Positions 28,601-43,300 of a DNA stretch of 64,000 nt are shown here, in pieces. Positions within the stretch are counted from its first letter, which is position 1; every line of letters starts with the position of its first letter. Origin of the DNA: Eledone cirrhosa (Eukaryota). Location: NCBI GenBank assembly GCA_964016885.1, contig OZ024743.1, forward strand, positions 45,260,001-45,324,000, written 5' to 3'. Position numbers and translations under genes: made by a program. The notes under the pieces are model-generated. The model saw nothing but the letters and a program-made list of their open reading frames with translations, ran no database searches and was not told where the DNA came from.

Positions 28601-30700
28601 CGGAACTTTATGAGATTCTAGTCTATCACCCAAGTAGACCAACGGAACTTTATGAGATTCTAGTCTATCACCCAAGTAGACCAACGGAACTTTATGAGAT
28701 TCTAGTCTATCACCCAAGTAGGCTAACAGAACGTTATGAGATTCTAGTCTATCACCCAAGTAGGCTAACAGAACTTTATGAGATTCTAGTCTATCACCCA
28801 AGTAGACCAACGGAACTTTATGAGATTCTAGTCTATCACCCAAGTAGGCTAACAGAACTTTATGAGATTCTAGTCTATCACCCAAGTAGGCTAACAGAAC
28901 TTTATGAGATTCTAGTCTATCACCCAAGTAGGCTAACAGAACTTTATGAGATTCTAGTCTATCACCCAAGTAGGCTAACAGAACTTTATGAGATTCTAGT
29001 CTATCACCCAAGTAGGCTAACAGAAGTTTATGAGATTCTAGTCTATCACCCAAGTAGGCTAACAGAACTTTATGAGATTCTAGTCTATCACCCAAGTAGG
29101 CTAACAGAACTTTATGAGATTCTAGTCTATCACCCAAGTAGACCAACGGAACTATATGAGATTCTAGTCTATCACCCAAGTAGACAAACGGAACTTTATG
29201 AGATTCTAGTCTATCACCCAAGTAGGCTAACGGAACTTTATGAGATTCTAGTCTATCACCCAAGTAGGCTAACAGAACTTTATGAGATTCTAGTCTATCA
29301 CCCAAGTAGACCAACGGAACTATATGAGATTCTAGTCTATCACCCAAGTAGACAAACGGAACTTTATGAGATTCTAGTCTATCACCCAAGTAGGCTAACA
29401 GAACTTTATGAGATTCTAGTCTATCACCCAAGTAGGCTAACAGAACTTTATGAGATTCTAGTCTATCACCCAAGTAGGCTAACAGAACTTTATGAGATTC
29501 TAGTCTATCACCCAAGTAGGCTAACAGAACTTTATGAGATTCTAGTCTATCACCCAAGTAGGCTAACAGAAGTTTATGAGATTCTAGTCTATCACCCAAG
29601 TAGGCTAACAGAACTTTATGAGATTCTAGTCTATCACCCAAGTAGGCTAACAGAACTTTATGAGATTCTAGTCTATCACCCAAGTAGACCAACGGAACTA
29701 TATGAGATTCTAGTCTATCACCCAAGTAGACAAACGGAACTTTATGAGATTCTAGTCTATCACCCAAGTAGGCTAACGGAACTTTATGGGATTCTAGTCT
29801 ATCACCCAAGTAGGCTAACAGAACTTTATGAGATTCTAGTCTATCACCCAAGTAGACCAACGGAACTTTATGAGATTCTAGTCTATCACCCAAGTAGGCT
29901 AACGGAACTTTATGAGATTCTAGTCTATCACCCAAGTAGACCAACGGAACTTTATGAGATTCTAGTCTATCACCCAAGTAGACCAACGGAACTTTATGAG
30001 ATTCTAGTCTATCACCCAAGTAGACCAACGGAACTTTATGAGATTCTAGTCTATCACCCAAGTAGGCTAACGGAACTTTATGAGATTCTAGTCTATCACC
30101 CAAGTAGGCTAACGGAACTTTATGAGATTCTAGTCTATCACCCAAGTAGGCTAACGGAACTTTATGAGATTCTAGTCTATCACCCAAGTAGGCTAACAGA
30201 ACTTTATGAGATTCTAGTCTATCACCCATGTAGACCAACGGAACTTTATGAGATTCTAGTCTGTCACCCAAGTAGACCAACGGAACTTTATGAGATTCTA
30301 GTCTATCACCCAAGTAGACAAACGGAACTTTATGAGATTCTAGTCTATCACCCAAGTAGGCTAACGGAACTTTATGAGATTCTAGTCTATCACCCAAGTA
30401 GGCTAACAGAACTATATGAGATTCTAGTCTATCACCCAAGTAGACAAACGGAACTTTATGAGATTCTAGTCTATCACCCAAGTAGGCTAACGGAACTTTA
30501 TGAGATTCTAGTCTATCACCCAAGTAGACCAACGGAACTTTATGAGATTCTAGTCTATCACCCAAGTAGGCTAACGGAACTTTATGAGATTCTAGTCTAT
30601 CACCCAAGTAGACCAACGGAACTTTATGAGATTCTAGACTATCACCCAAGTAGACCAACGGAACTTTATGAGATTCTAGTCTATCACCCAAGTAGGCTAA
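25471..30700. repeat. 2648-bp tandem duplication rich in AGGCT-ACAG monomers with region-private variants
   Basis: ATGAAC pairs at 25471/28119 and 25640/28288 and the TCTAGAC variant at 27990/30638 all differ by 2648 (63x42+2). I saw the GACAAA and CCCATG variants only here. Confidence 0.85.
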
Positions 30701-33419
30701 CGGAACTTTATGAGATTCTACTCTATCACCCAAGTAGACCAACGGAACTTTATGAGATTCTACTCTATCACCCAAGTAGACCAACGGAACTTTATGAGAT
30801 TCTAGTCTATCACCCAAGTAGACCAACGGAACTTTATGAGATTCTAGTCTATCACCCAAGTAGACCAACGGAACTTTATGAGATTCTACTCTATCACCCA
30901 AGTAGACCAACGGAACTTTATGAGATTCTAGTCTATCACCCAAGTGGACCAACGGAACTTTATGAGATTCTACTCTATCACCCAAGTAGACCAACGGAAC
31001 TTTATGAGATTCTACTCTATCACCCAAGTAGACCAACGGAACTTTATGAGATTCTAGTCTATCACCCAAGTAGACCAACGGAACTTTATGAGATTCTAGT
31101 CTATCACCCAAGTAGGCTAACAGAACGTTATGAGATTCTAGTCTATCACCCAAGTAGGCTAACAGAACTTTATGAGATTCTAGTCTATCACCCAAGTAGA
31201 CCAACGGAACTTTATGAGATTCTACTCTATCACCCAAGTAGACCAACGGAACTTTATGAGATTCTACTCTATCACCCAAGTAGACCAACGGAACTTTATG
31301 AGATTCTAGTCTATCACCCAAGTAGACCAACGGAACTTTATGAGATTCTAGTCTATCACCCAAGTAGACCAACGGAACTTTATGAGATTCTACTCTAACA
31401 CCCAAGTAGACCAACGGAACTTTATGAGATTCTACTCTATCACCCAAGTAGACCAACGGAACTTTATGAGATTCTAGTCTATCACCCAAGTAGACCAACG
31501 GAACTTTATGAGATTCTAGTCTATCACCCAAGTAGACCAACGGAACTTTATGAGATTCTAGTCTATCACCCAAGTAGGCTAACAGAACTATATGAGATTC
31601 TAGTCTATCACCCAAGTAGACCAACGGAACTTTATGAGATTCTAGTCTATCACCCAAGTAGGCTAACGGAACTTTATGAGATTCTAGTCTATCACCCAAG
31701 TAGACCAACGGAACTTTATGAGATTCTAGTCTATCACCCAAGTAGGCTAACAGAACTATATGAGATTCTAGTCTATCACCCAAGTAGACCAACGGAACTT
31801 TATGAGATTCTAGTCTATCACCCAAGTAGACCAACGGAACTTTATGAGATTCTAGTCTATCACCCAAGTAGGCTCTAACAGAACTTTATGAGATTCTAGT
31901 CTATCACCCAAGTAGACCAACGGAACTTTATGAGATTCTAGTCTATCACCCAAGTAGACCAACGGAACTTATGAGATTCTAGTCTATCACCCAATTAGAC
32001 CAACGGAACTTTATGAGATTCTAGTCTATCACCCAAGTAGACCAACGGAACTTTATGAGATTCTAGTCTATCACCCAAGTAGGCTAACGGAACTTTATGA
32101 GATTCTAGTCTATCACCCAAGTAGACCAACGGAACTTTATGAGATTCTAGTCTATCACCCAACTAGGCTAACGGAACTTTATGAGATTCTAGTCTATCAC
32201 CCAAGTAGACCAACGGAACTTTATGAGATTCTAGTCTATCACCCAAGTAGACCAACGGAACTTTATGAGATTCTAGTCTATCACCCAAGTAGACCAACGG
32301 AACTTTATGAGATTCTAGTCTATCACCCAAGTAGACCAACGGAACTTTATGAGATTCTAGTCTATCACCCAAGTAGACCAACGGAACTTTATGAGATTCT
32401 AGTCTATCACCCAAGTAGACCAACGGAACTTTATGAGATTCTAGTCTATCACCCAAGTAGACCAACGGAACTTTATGAGATTCTAGTCTATCACCCAAGT
32501 AGGCTAACAGAACTTTATGAGATTCTAGTCTATCACCCAAGTAGACCAACAGAACTTTATGAGATTCTAGTCTATCACCCAAGTAGACCAACGGAACTTT
32601 ATGAGATTCTAGTCTATCACCCAAGTAGGCTAACGGAACTTTATGAGATTCTAGTCTATCACCCAAGTAGACCAACGGAACTTTATGAGATTCTAGTCTA
32701 TCACCCAAGTAGACCAACGGAACTTTATGAGATTCTAGTCTATCACCCAAGTAGACCAACGGAACTTTATGAGATTCTAGTCTATCACCCAAGTAGACAA
32801 CGGAACTTTATGAGATTCTAGTCTATCACCCAAGTAGACCAACGGAACTATATGAGATTCTAGTCTATCACCCAAGTAGACCAACAGAACTTTATGAGAT
32901 CTAGTCTATCACCCAAGTAGACCAACGGAACTTTATGAGATTCTAGTCTATGAACCCAATTAGGCTAACGGAACTTTATGAGATCTAGATTCTAGTCTAT
33001 CACCCAAGTAGACCAACGGAACTTTATGAGATTCTAGTCTATCACCCAAGTAGGCTAACGGAACTTTATGAGATTCTAGTCTATCACCCAAGTAGACCAA
33101 CGGAACTTTATGAGATTCTAGTCTATGAACCCAAGTAGGCTAACGGAACTTTATGAGATTCTAGTCTATCACCCAAGTAGGCTAACGGAACTTTATGAGA
33201 TTCTAGTCTATGAACCCAAGTAGACCAACGGAACTTTATGAGATTCTAGTCTATCACCCAAGTAGACCAACGAACTTTATGAGATTCTAGTCTATCACCC
33301 AAGTAGACCAACGGAACTATATGAGATTCTAGTCTATCACCCAAGTAGACCAACGGAACTTTATGAGATTCTAGTCTATCACCCAAGTAGACCAACGGAA
33401 CTTTATGAGATTCTAGTCT

Positions 33420-34052
33420 ATGAACCCAAGTAGGCTAACGGAACTTTATGAGATTCTAGTCTATCACCCAAGTAGACCAACGGAACTTTATGAGATTCTA
33501 GTCTATCACCCAAGTAGGCTAACGGAACTTTATGAGATTCTAGTCTATCACCCAAGTAGACCAACGGAACTTTATGAGATTCTAGTCTATGAACCCAAGT
33601 AGGCTAACGGAACTTTATGAGATACTAGTCTATCACCCAAGTAGACCAACGGAACTTTATGAGATTCTAGTCTATCACCCAAGTAGGCTAACGGAACTTT
33701 ATGAGATTCTAGTCTATCACCCAAGTAGACCAACGGAACTTTATGAGATTCTAGTCTATGAACCCAAGTAGGCTAACGGAACTTTATGAGATTCTAGTCT
33801 ATCACCCAAGTAGACCAACGGAACTTTATGAGATTCTAGTCTATCACCCAAGTAGGCTAACGGAACTTTATGAGATTCTAGTCTATCACCCAAGTAGACC
33901 AACGGAACTTATGAGATTCTAGTCTATGAACCCAAGTAGGCTAACGGAACTTTATGAGATTCTAGTCTATCACCCAAGTAGGCTAACGGAACTTTATGAG
34001 ATTCTAGTCTATCACCCAAGTAGACCAACGGAACTTTATGAGATTCTAGTCT
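33420..34052. repeat. 169-bp tetramer higher-order repeat (43+42+42+42), about 3 tandem copies plus a trimer
   Basis: ATGAAC at 33420, 33589, 33758 and 33926, with monomer order AGGCT, AGACC, AGGCT, AGACC. Confidence 0.88.
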
Positions 34053-34983
34053 ATGAACCCAAGTAGGCTAACGGAACTTTATGAGATTCTAGTCTATCAC
34101 CCAAGTAGACCAACGGAACTTTATGAGATTCTAGTCTATCACCCAAGTAGGCTAACGGAACTTTATGAGATTCTAGTCTATGAACCCAAGTAGGCTAACG
34201 GAACTTTATGAGATTCTAGTCTATCACCCAAGTAGACCAACGGAACTTTATGAGATTCTAGTCTATCACCCAAGTAGGCTAACGGAACTTTATGAGATTC
34301 TAGTCTATGAACCAAGTAGGCTAACGGAACTTTATGAGATTCTAGTCTATCACCCAAGTAGACCAACGGAACTTTATGAGATTCTAGTCTATCACCCAAG
34401 TAGGCTAACGGAACTTTATGAGATTCTAGTCTATGAACCCAAGTAGGCTAACGGAACTTTATGAGATTCTAGTCTATCACCCAAGTAGACCAACGGAACT
34501 TTATGAGATTCTAGTCTATCACCCAAGTAGGCTAACGGAACTTTATGAGATTCTAGTCTATGAACCCAAGTAGGCTAACGGAACTTTATGAGATTCTAGT
34601 CTATCACCCAAGTAGACCAACGGAACTTTATGAGATTCTAGTCTATCACCCAAGTAGGCTAACGGAACTTTATGAGATTCTAGTCTATGAACCCAAGTAG
34701 GCTAACGGAACTTTATGAGATTCTAGTCTATCACCCAAGTAGACCAACGGAACTTTATGAGATTCTAGTCTATCACCCAAGTAGGCTAACGGAACTTTAT
34801 GAGATTCTAGTCTATGAACCCAAGTAGGCTAACGGAACTTTATGAGATTCTAGTCTATCACCCAAGTAGACCAACGGAACTTTATGAGATTCTAGTCTAT
34901 CACCCAAGTAGGCTAACGGAACTTTATGAGATTCTAGTCTATGAACCCAAGTAGGCTAACGGAACTTTATGAGATTCTAGTCT
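34053..34983. repeat. 127-bp trimer higher-order repeat (43+42+42), 7 tandem copies
   Basis: ATGAAC at 34053, 34180, 34307, 34433, 34560, 34687, 34814 and 34941, with monomer order AGGCT, AGACC, AGGCT. One copy is 126 bp. Confidence 0.92.
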
Positions 34984-37399
34984 ATCACCCAAGTAGACCA
35001 ACGGAACTTTATGAGATTCAAGTCTATCACCCAAGTAGGCTAACGGAACTTTATGAGATTCTAGTCTATCACCCAAGTAGACCAACGGAACTTTATGAGA
35101 TTCTAGTCTATCACCCAAGTAGGCTAACAGAACGTTATGAGATTCTAGTCTATCACCCAAGTAGGCTAACAGAACTTTATGAGATTCTAGTCTATCACCC
35201 AAGTAGACCAACGGAACTTTATGAGATTCTACTCTATCACCCAAGTAGACCAACGGAACTTTATGAGATTCTAGTCTATCACCCAAGTAGACCAACGGAA
35301 CTTTATGAGATTCTAGTCTATCACCCAAGTAGACCAACGGAACTTTATGAGATTCTAGTCTATCACCCAAGTAGGCTAACAGAACGTTATGAGATTCTAG
35401 TCTATCACCCAAGTAGGCTAACAGAACTTTATGAGATTCTAGTCTATCACCCAAGTAGACCAACGGAACTTTATGAGATTCTACTCTATCACCCAAGTAG
35501 ACCAACGGAACTTTATGAGATTCTAGTCTATCACCCAAGTAGACCAACGGAACTTTATGAGATTCTACTCTATCACCCAAGTAGACCAACGGAACTTTAT
35601 GAGATTCTACTCTATCACCCAAGTAGACCAACGGAACTTTATGAGATTCTAGTCTATCACCCAAGTAGACCAACGGAACTTTATGAGATTCTAGTCTATC
35701 ACCCAAGTAGACCAACGGAACTTTATGAGATTCTACTCTAACACCCAAGTAGACCAACGGAACTTTATGAGATTCTACTCTATCACCCAAGTAGACCAAC
35801 GGAACTTTATGAGATTCTAGTCTATCACCCAAGTAGACCAACGGAACTTTATGAGATTCTAGTCTATCACCCAAGTAGGCTAACGGAACTTTATGAGATT
35901 CTAGTCTATCACCCAAGTAGACCAACGGAACTTTATGAGATTCTAGTCTATCACCCAAGTAGGCTAACGGAACTTTATGAGATTCTAGTCTATCACCCAA
36001 GTAGGCTAACGGAACTTTATGAGATTCTAGTCTATCACCCAAGTAGACCAACGGAACTTTATGAGATTCTAGTCTATCACCCAAGTAGACCAACGGAACT
36101 TTATGAGATTCTAGTCTATCACCCAAGTAGACCAACGGAACTTTATGAGATTCTAGTCTATCACCCAAGTAGACCAACGGAACTTTATGAGATTCTAGTC
36201 TATCACCCAAGTAGACCAACGGAACTTTATGAGATTCTAGTCTATCACCCAAGTAGGCTAACGGAACTTTATGAGATTCTAGTCTATCACACAAGTAGGC
36301 TAACAGAACTATATGAGATTCTAGTCTATCACCCAAGTAGACCAACGGAACTTTATGAGATTCTAGTCTATCACCCAAGTAGACCAACGGAACTTTATGA
36401 GATTCTAGTCTATCACCCAAGTAGGCTAACAGAACTATATGAGATTCTAGTCTATCACCCAAGTAGACCAACGGAACTTTATGAGATTCTAGTCTATCAC
36501 CCAAGTAGGCTAACGGAACTTTATGAGATTCTAGTCTATCACCCAAGTAGACCAACGGAACTTTATGAGATTCTAGTCTATCACCCAAGTAGGCTAACGG
36601 AACTTTATGAGATTCTAGTCTATCACCCAAGTAGACCAACGGAACTTTATGAGATTCTAGTCTATCACCCAAGTAGACCAACGGAACTTTATGAGATTCT
36701 AGTCTATCACCCAAGTAGATCAACGGAACTTTATGAGATTCTAGTCTATCACCCAAGTAGGCTAACGGAACTTTATGAGATTCTAGTCTATCACCCAAGT
36801 AGGCTAACGGAACTTTATGAGATTCTAGTCTATCACCCAAGTAGACCAACGGAACTTTATGAGATTCTAGTCTATCACCCAAGTAGACCAACGGAACTTT
36901 ATGAGATTCTAGTCTATCACCCAAGTAGACCAACGGAACTTTATGAGATTCTAGTCTATCACCCAAGTAGACCAACGGAACTTTATGAGATTCTAGTCTA
37001 TCACCCAAGTAGACCAACGGAACTTTATGAGATTCTGGTCTATCACCCAAGTAGGCTAACGGAACTTTATGAGATTCTAGTCTATCACCCAAGTAGGCTA
37101 ACGGAACTTTATGAGATTCTAGTCTATCACCCAAGTAGACCAACGGAACTTTATGAGATTCTAGTCTATCACCCAAGTAGACCAACGGAACTTTATGAGA
37201 TTCTAGTCTATCACCCAAGTAGACCAACGGAACTTTATGAGATTCTAGTCTATCACCCAAGTAGACCAACGGAACTTTATGAGATTCTAGTCTATCACCC
37301 AAGTAGACCAACGGAACTTTATGAGATTCTAGTCTATCACCCAAGTAGACCAACGGAACTTTATGAGATTCTAGTCTATCACCCAAGTAGACCAACGGA

Positions 37400-40300
37400 A
37401 CTTTATGAGATTCTAGTCTATCACCCAAGTAGGCTAACGGAACTTTATGAGATTCTAGTCTATCACCCAAGTAGACCAACGGAACTTTATGAGATTCTAG
37501 TCTATCACCCAAGTAGACCAACGGAACTTTATGAGATTCTAGTCTATCACCCAAGTAGACCAACGGAACTTTATGAGATTCTAGTCTATCACCCAAGTAG
37601 ACCAACGGAACTTTATGAGATTCTAGTCTATCACCCAAGTAGGCTAACGGAACTTTATGAGATTCTAGTCTATCACCCAAGTAGACTAACGGAACTTTAT
37701 GAGATTCTAGTCTATCACCCAAGTAGACCAACGGAACTTTATGAGATTCTAGTCTATCACCCAAGTAGACCAACGGAACTTTATGAGATTCTAGTCTATC
37801 ACCCAAGTAGACCAACGGAACTTTATGAGATTCTAGTCTATCACCCAAGTAGACCAACGGAACTTTATGAGATTCTAGTCTATCACCCAAGTAGACCAAC
37901 GGAACTTTATGAGATTCTAGTCTATCACCCAAGTAGACCAACGGAACTTTATGAGATTCTAGTCTATCACCCAAGTAGACCAACGGAACTTTATGAGATT
38001 CTAGTCTATCACCCAAGTAGGCTAACGAAACTTTATGAGATTCTAGTCTATCACCCAAGTAGACCAACGGAACTTTATGAGATTCTAGTCTATCACCCAA
38101 GTAGACCAACGGAACTTTATGAGATTCTAGTCTATCACCCAAGTAGGCTAACGGAACTTTATGAGATTCTAGTCTATCACCCAAGTAGACCAACGGAACT
38201 TTATGAGATTCTAGTCTATCACCCAAGTAGACCAACGGAACTTTATGAGATTCTAGTCTATCACCCAAGTAGACCAACGGAACTTTATGAGATTCTAGTC
38301 TATCACCCAAGTAGACCAACGGAACTTTATGAGATTCTAGTCTATCACCCAAGTAGACCAACGGAACTTTATGAGATTCTAGTCTATCACCCAAGTAGAC
38401 CAACGGAACTTTATGAGATTCTAGTCTATCACCCAAGTAGACCAACGGAACTTTATGAGATTCTAGTCTATCACCCAAGTAGACCAACGGAACTTTATGA
38501 GATTCTAGTCTATCACCCAAGTAGACCAACGGAACTTTATGAGATTCTAGTCTATCACCCAAGTAGACCAACGGAACTTTATGAGATTCTAGTCTATCAC
38601 CCAAGTAGACCAACGGAACTTTATGAGATTCTAGTCTATCACCCAAGTAGACCAACGGAACTTTATGAGATTCTAGTCTATCACCAAAGTAGACCAACGG
38701 AACTTTATGAGATTCTAGTCTATCACCCAAGTAGGCTAACGGAACTTTATGAGATTCTAGTCTATCACCCAAGTAGGCTAACGGAACTTTATGAGATTCT
38801 AGTCTATCACCCAAGTAGACCAACGGAACTTTATGAGATTCTAGTCTATCACCCAAGTAGACCAACGGAACTTTATGAGATTCTAGTCTATCACCCAAGT
38901 AGACCAACGGAACTTTATGAGATTCTAGTCTATCACCCAAGTAGACCAACGGAACTTTATGAGATTCTAGTCTATCACCCAAGTAGACCAACGGAACTTT
39001 ATGAGATTCTAGTCTATCACCCAAGTAGACCAACGGAACTTTATGAGATTCTAGTCTATCACCCAAGTAGACCAACGGAACTTTAGGAGATTCTAGTCTA
39101 TCACCCAAGTAGGCTAACGGAACTTTATGAGATTCTAGTCTATCACCCAAGTAGACCAACGGAACTTTATGAGATTCTAGTCTATCACCCAAGTAGACCA
39201 ACGGAACTTTATGAGATTCTAGTCTATCACCCAAGTAGGCTAACGGAACTTTATGAGATTCTAGTCTATCACCCAAGTAGACCAACGGAACTTTATGAGA
39301 TTCTAGTCTATCACCCAAGTAGACCAACAGAACTTTATGAGATTCTAGTCTATCACCCAAGTAGGCTAACGGAACTTTATGAGATTCTAGTCTATCACCC
39401 AAGTAGACCAACGGAACTTTATGAGATTCTAGTCTATCACCCAAGTAGACCAACGGAACTTTATGAGATTCTAGTCTATCACCCAAGTAGACCAACGGAA
39501 CTTTATGAGATTCTAGTCTATCACCCAAGTAGACCAACGGAACTTTATGAGATTCTAGTCTATCACCCAAGTAGGCTAACGGAACTTTATGAGATTCTAG
39601 TCTATCACCCAAGTAGGCTAACAGAACTTTATGAGATTCTAGTCTATCACCCAAGTAGGCTAACGGAACTTTATGAGATTCTAGTCTATCACCCAAGTAG
39701 ACCAACGGAACTTTATGAGATTCTAGTCTATCACCCAAGTAGACCAACGGAACTTTATGAGATTCTAGTCTATCACCCAAGTAGGCTAACGGAACTTTAT
39801 GAGATTCTAGTCTATCACCCAAGTAGACCAACGGAACTTTATGAGATTCTAGTCTATCACCCAAGTAGACCAACGGAACTTTATGAGATTCTAGTCTATC
39901 ACCCAAGTAGACCAACGGAACTTTATGAGATTCTAGTCTATCACCCAAGTAGACCAACGGAACTTTATGAGATTCTAGTCTATCACCCAAGTAGACCAAC
40001 GGAACTTTATGAGATTCTAGTCTATCACCCAAGTAGGCTAACAGAACTTTATGAGATTCTAGTCTATCACCCAAGTAGACCAACAGAACTTTATGAGATT
40101 CTAGTCTATCACCCAAGTAGACCAACGGAACTTTATGAGATTCTAGTCTATCACCCAAGTAGGCTAACGGAACTTTATGAGATTCTAGTCTATCACCCAA
40201 GTAGGCTAACGGAACTTTATGAGATTCTAGTCTATCACCCAAGTAGACCAACGGAACTTTATGAGATTCTAGTCTATCACCCAAGTAGACCAACGGAACT

Positions 40301-43300
40301 TTATGAGATTCTAGTCTATCACCCAAGTAGACCAACGGAACTTTATGAGATTCTAGTCTATCACCCAAATAGACCAACGGAACTTTATGAGATTCTAGTC
40401 TATCACCCAACTAGACCAACGGAACTTTATGAGATTCTAGTCTATCACCCAAGTAGGCTAACGGAACTTTATGAGATTCTAGTCTATCACCCAAGTAGAC
40501 CAACGGAACTTTATGAGATTCTAGTCTATCACCCAAGTAGGCTAACAGAACTATATGAGATTCTAGTCTATCACCCAAGTAGACCAACGGAACTTTATGA
40601 GATTCTAGTCTATCACCCAAGTAGGCTAACGGAACTTTATGAGATTCTAGTCTATCACCCAAGTAGACCAACGGAACTTTATGAGATTCTAGTCTATCAC
40701 CCAAGTAGACCAACGGAACTTTATGAGATTCTAGTCTATCACCCAAGTAGACCAACGGAACTTTATGAGATTCTAGTCTATCACCCAAGTAGACCAACGG
40801 AACTTTATGAGATTCTACTCTATCACCCAAGTAGACCAACGGAACTTTATGAGATTCTAGTCTATCACCCAAGTAGACCAACGGAACTTTATGAGATTCT
40901 AGTCTATCACCCAAGTAGACCAACGGAACTTTATGAGATTCTAGTCTATCACCCAAGTAGACCAACGGAACTTTATGAGATTCTAGTCTATCACCCAAGT
41001 AGACCAACGGAACTTTATGAGATTCTAGTCTATCACCCAAGTAGACCAACGGAACTTTATGAGATTCTAGTCTATCACCCAAGTAGACCAACGGAACTTT
41101 ATGAGATTCTAGTCTATCACCCAAGTAGGCTAACGGAACTTTATGAGATTCTAGTCTATCACCCAAGTAGACCAACGGAACTTTATGAGATTCTAGTCTA
41201 TCACCCAAGTAGGCTAACAGAACTATATGAGATTCTAGTCTATCACCCAAGTAGACCAACGGAACTTTATGAGATTCTAGTCTATCACCCAAGTAGGCTA
41301 ACGGAACTTTATGAGATTCTAGTCTATCACCCAAGTAGACCAACGGAACTTTATGAGATTCTAGTCTATCACCCAAGTAGACCAACGGAACTTTATGAGA
41401 TTCTAGTCTATCACCCAAGTAGGCTAACGGAACTTTATGAGATTCTAGTCTATCACCCAAGTAGGCTAACAGAACTTTATGAGATTCTAGTCTATCACCC
41501 AAGTAGACCAACGTAACTTTCTGAGATTCTAGTCTATCACCCAAGTAGACCAACGGAACTTTATGAGATTCTAGTCTATCACCCAAGTAGACCAACGGAA
41601 CTTTATGAGATTCTAGTCTATCACCCAAGTAGACCAACGGAACTTTATGAGATTCTAGTCTATCACCCAAGTAGGCTAACGGAACTTTATGAGATTCTAG
41701 TCTATCACCCAAGTAGGCTAACAGAACTTTATGAGATTCTAGTCTATCACCCAAGTAGACCAACGGAACTTTATGAGATTCTAGTCTATCACCCAAGTAG
41801 ACCAACGGAACTTTATGAGATTCTAGTCTATCACCCAAGTAGACCAACGGAACTTTATGAGATTCTAGTCTATCACCCAAGTAGACCAACGGAACTTTAT
41901 GAGATTCTAGTCTATCACCCAAGTAGACCAACGGAACTTTATGAGATTCTAGTCTATCACCCAAGTAGACCAACGGAACTTTATGAGATTCTAGTCTATC
42001 ACCCAAGTAGACCAACGGAACTTTATGAGATTCTAGTCTATCACCCAAGTAGACCAACGGAACTTTATGAGATTCTAGTCTATCACCCAAGTAGACCAAC
42101 GGAACTTTATGAGATTCTAGTCTAACACCCAAGTAGGCTAACGGAACTTTATGAGATTCTAGTCTATCACCAAATTAGACCAACGGAACTTTATGAGATT
42201 CTAGTCTATCACCCAAGTAGACCAACGGAACTTTATGAGATTCTAGTCTATCACCCAAGTAGACCAACGGAACTTTATGAGATTCTAGTCTATCACCCAA
42301 GTAGACCAACGGAACTTTATGAGATTCTAGTCTATCACCCAAGTAGACCAACGGAACTTTATGAGATTCTAGTCTAACACCCAAGTAGGCTAACGGAACT
42401 TTATGAGATTCTAGTCTATCACCCAAGTAGACCAACGGAACTTTATGAGATTCTAGTCTATCACCCAAGTAGACCAACGGAACTTTATGAGATTCTAGTC
42501 TATCACCCAAGTAGGCTAACGGAACTTTATGAGATTCTAGTCTATCACCCAAGTAGACCAACAGAACTTTATGAGATTCTAGTCTATCACCCAAGTAGGC
42601 TAACAGAACTTTATGAGATTCTAGTCTATCACCCAAGTAGGCTAACAGAACTTTATGAGATTCTAGTCTATCACCCAAGTAGACCAACAGAACTTTATGA
42701 GATTCTAGTCTATCACCCAAGTAGACCAACGGAACTTTATGAGATTCTAGTCTATCACCCAAGTAGGCTAACGGAACTTTATGAGATTCTAGTCTATCAC
42801 CCAAGTAGACCAACGGAACTTTATGAGATTCTAGTCTATCACCCAAGTAGACCAACGGAACTTTATGAGATTCTAGTCTATCACCCAAGTAGACCAACGG
42901 AACTTTATGAGATTCTAGTCTATCACCCAAGTAGACCAACGGAACTATATGAGATTCTAGTCTATCACCCAAGTAGACCAACAGAACTTTATGAGATCCT
43001 AGTCTATCACCCAAGTAGACCAACGGAACTTTATGAGATTCTAGTCTATCACCCAAGTAGACCAACGGAACTTTATGAGATTCTACTCTATCACCCAAGT
43101 AGACCAACGGAACTTTATGAGATACTAGTCTATCACCCAAGTAGACCAACGGAACTTTATGAGATTCTAGTCTATGAACCCAAGTAGGCTAACGGAACTT
43201 TATGAGATTCTAGTCTATCACCCAAGTAGGCTAACGGAACTTTATGAGATTCTAGTCTATCACCCAAGTAGACCAACGGAACTTTATGAGATTCTAGTCT

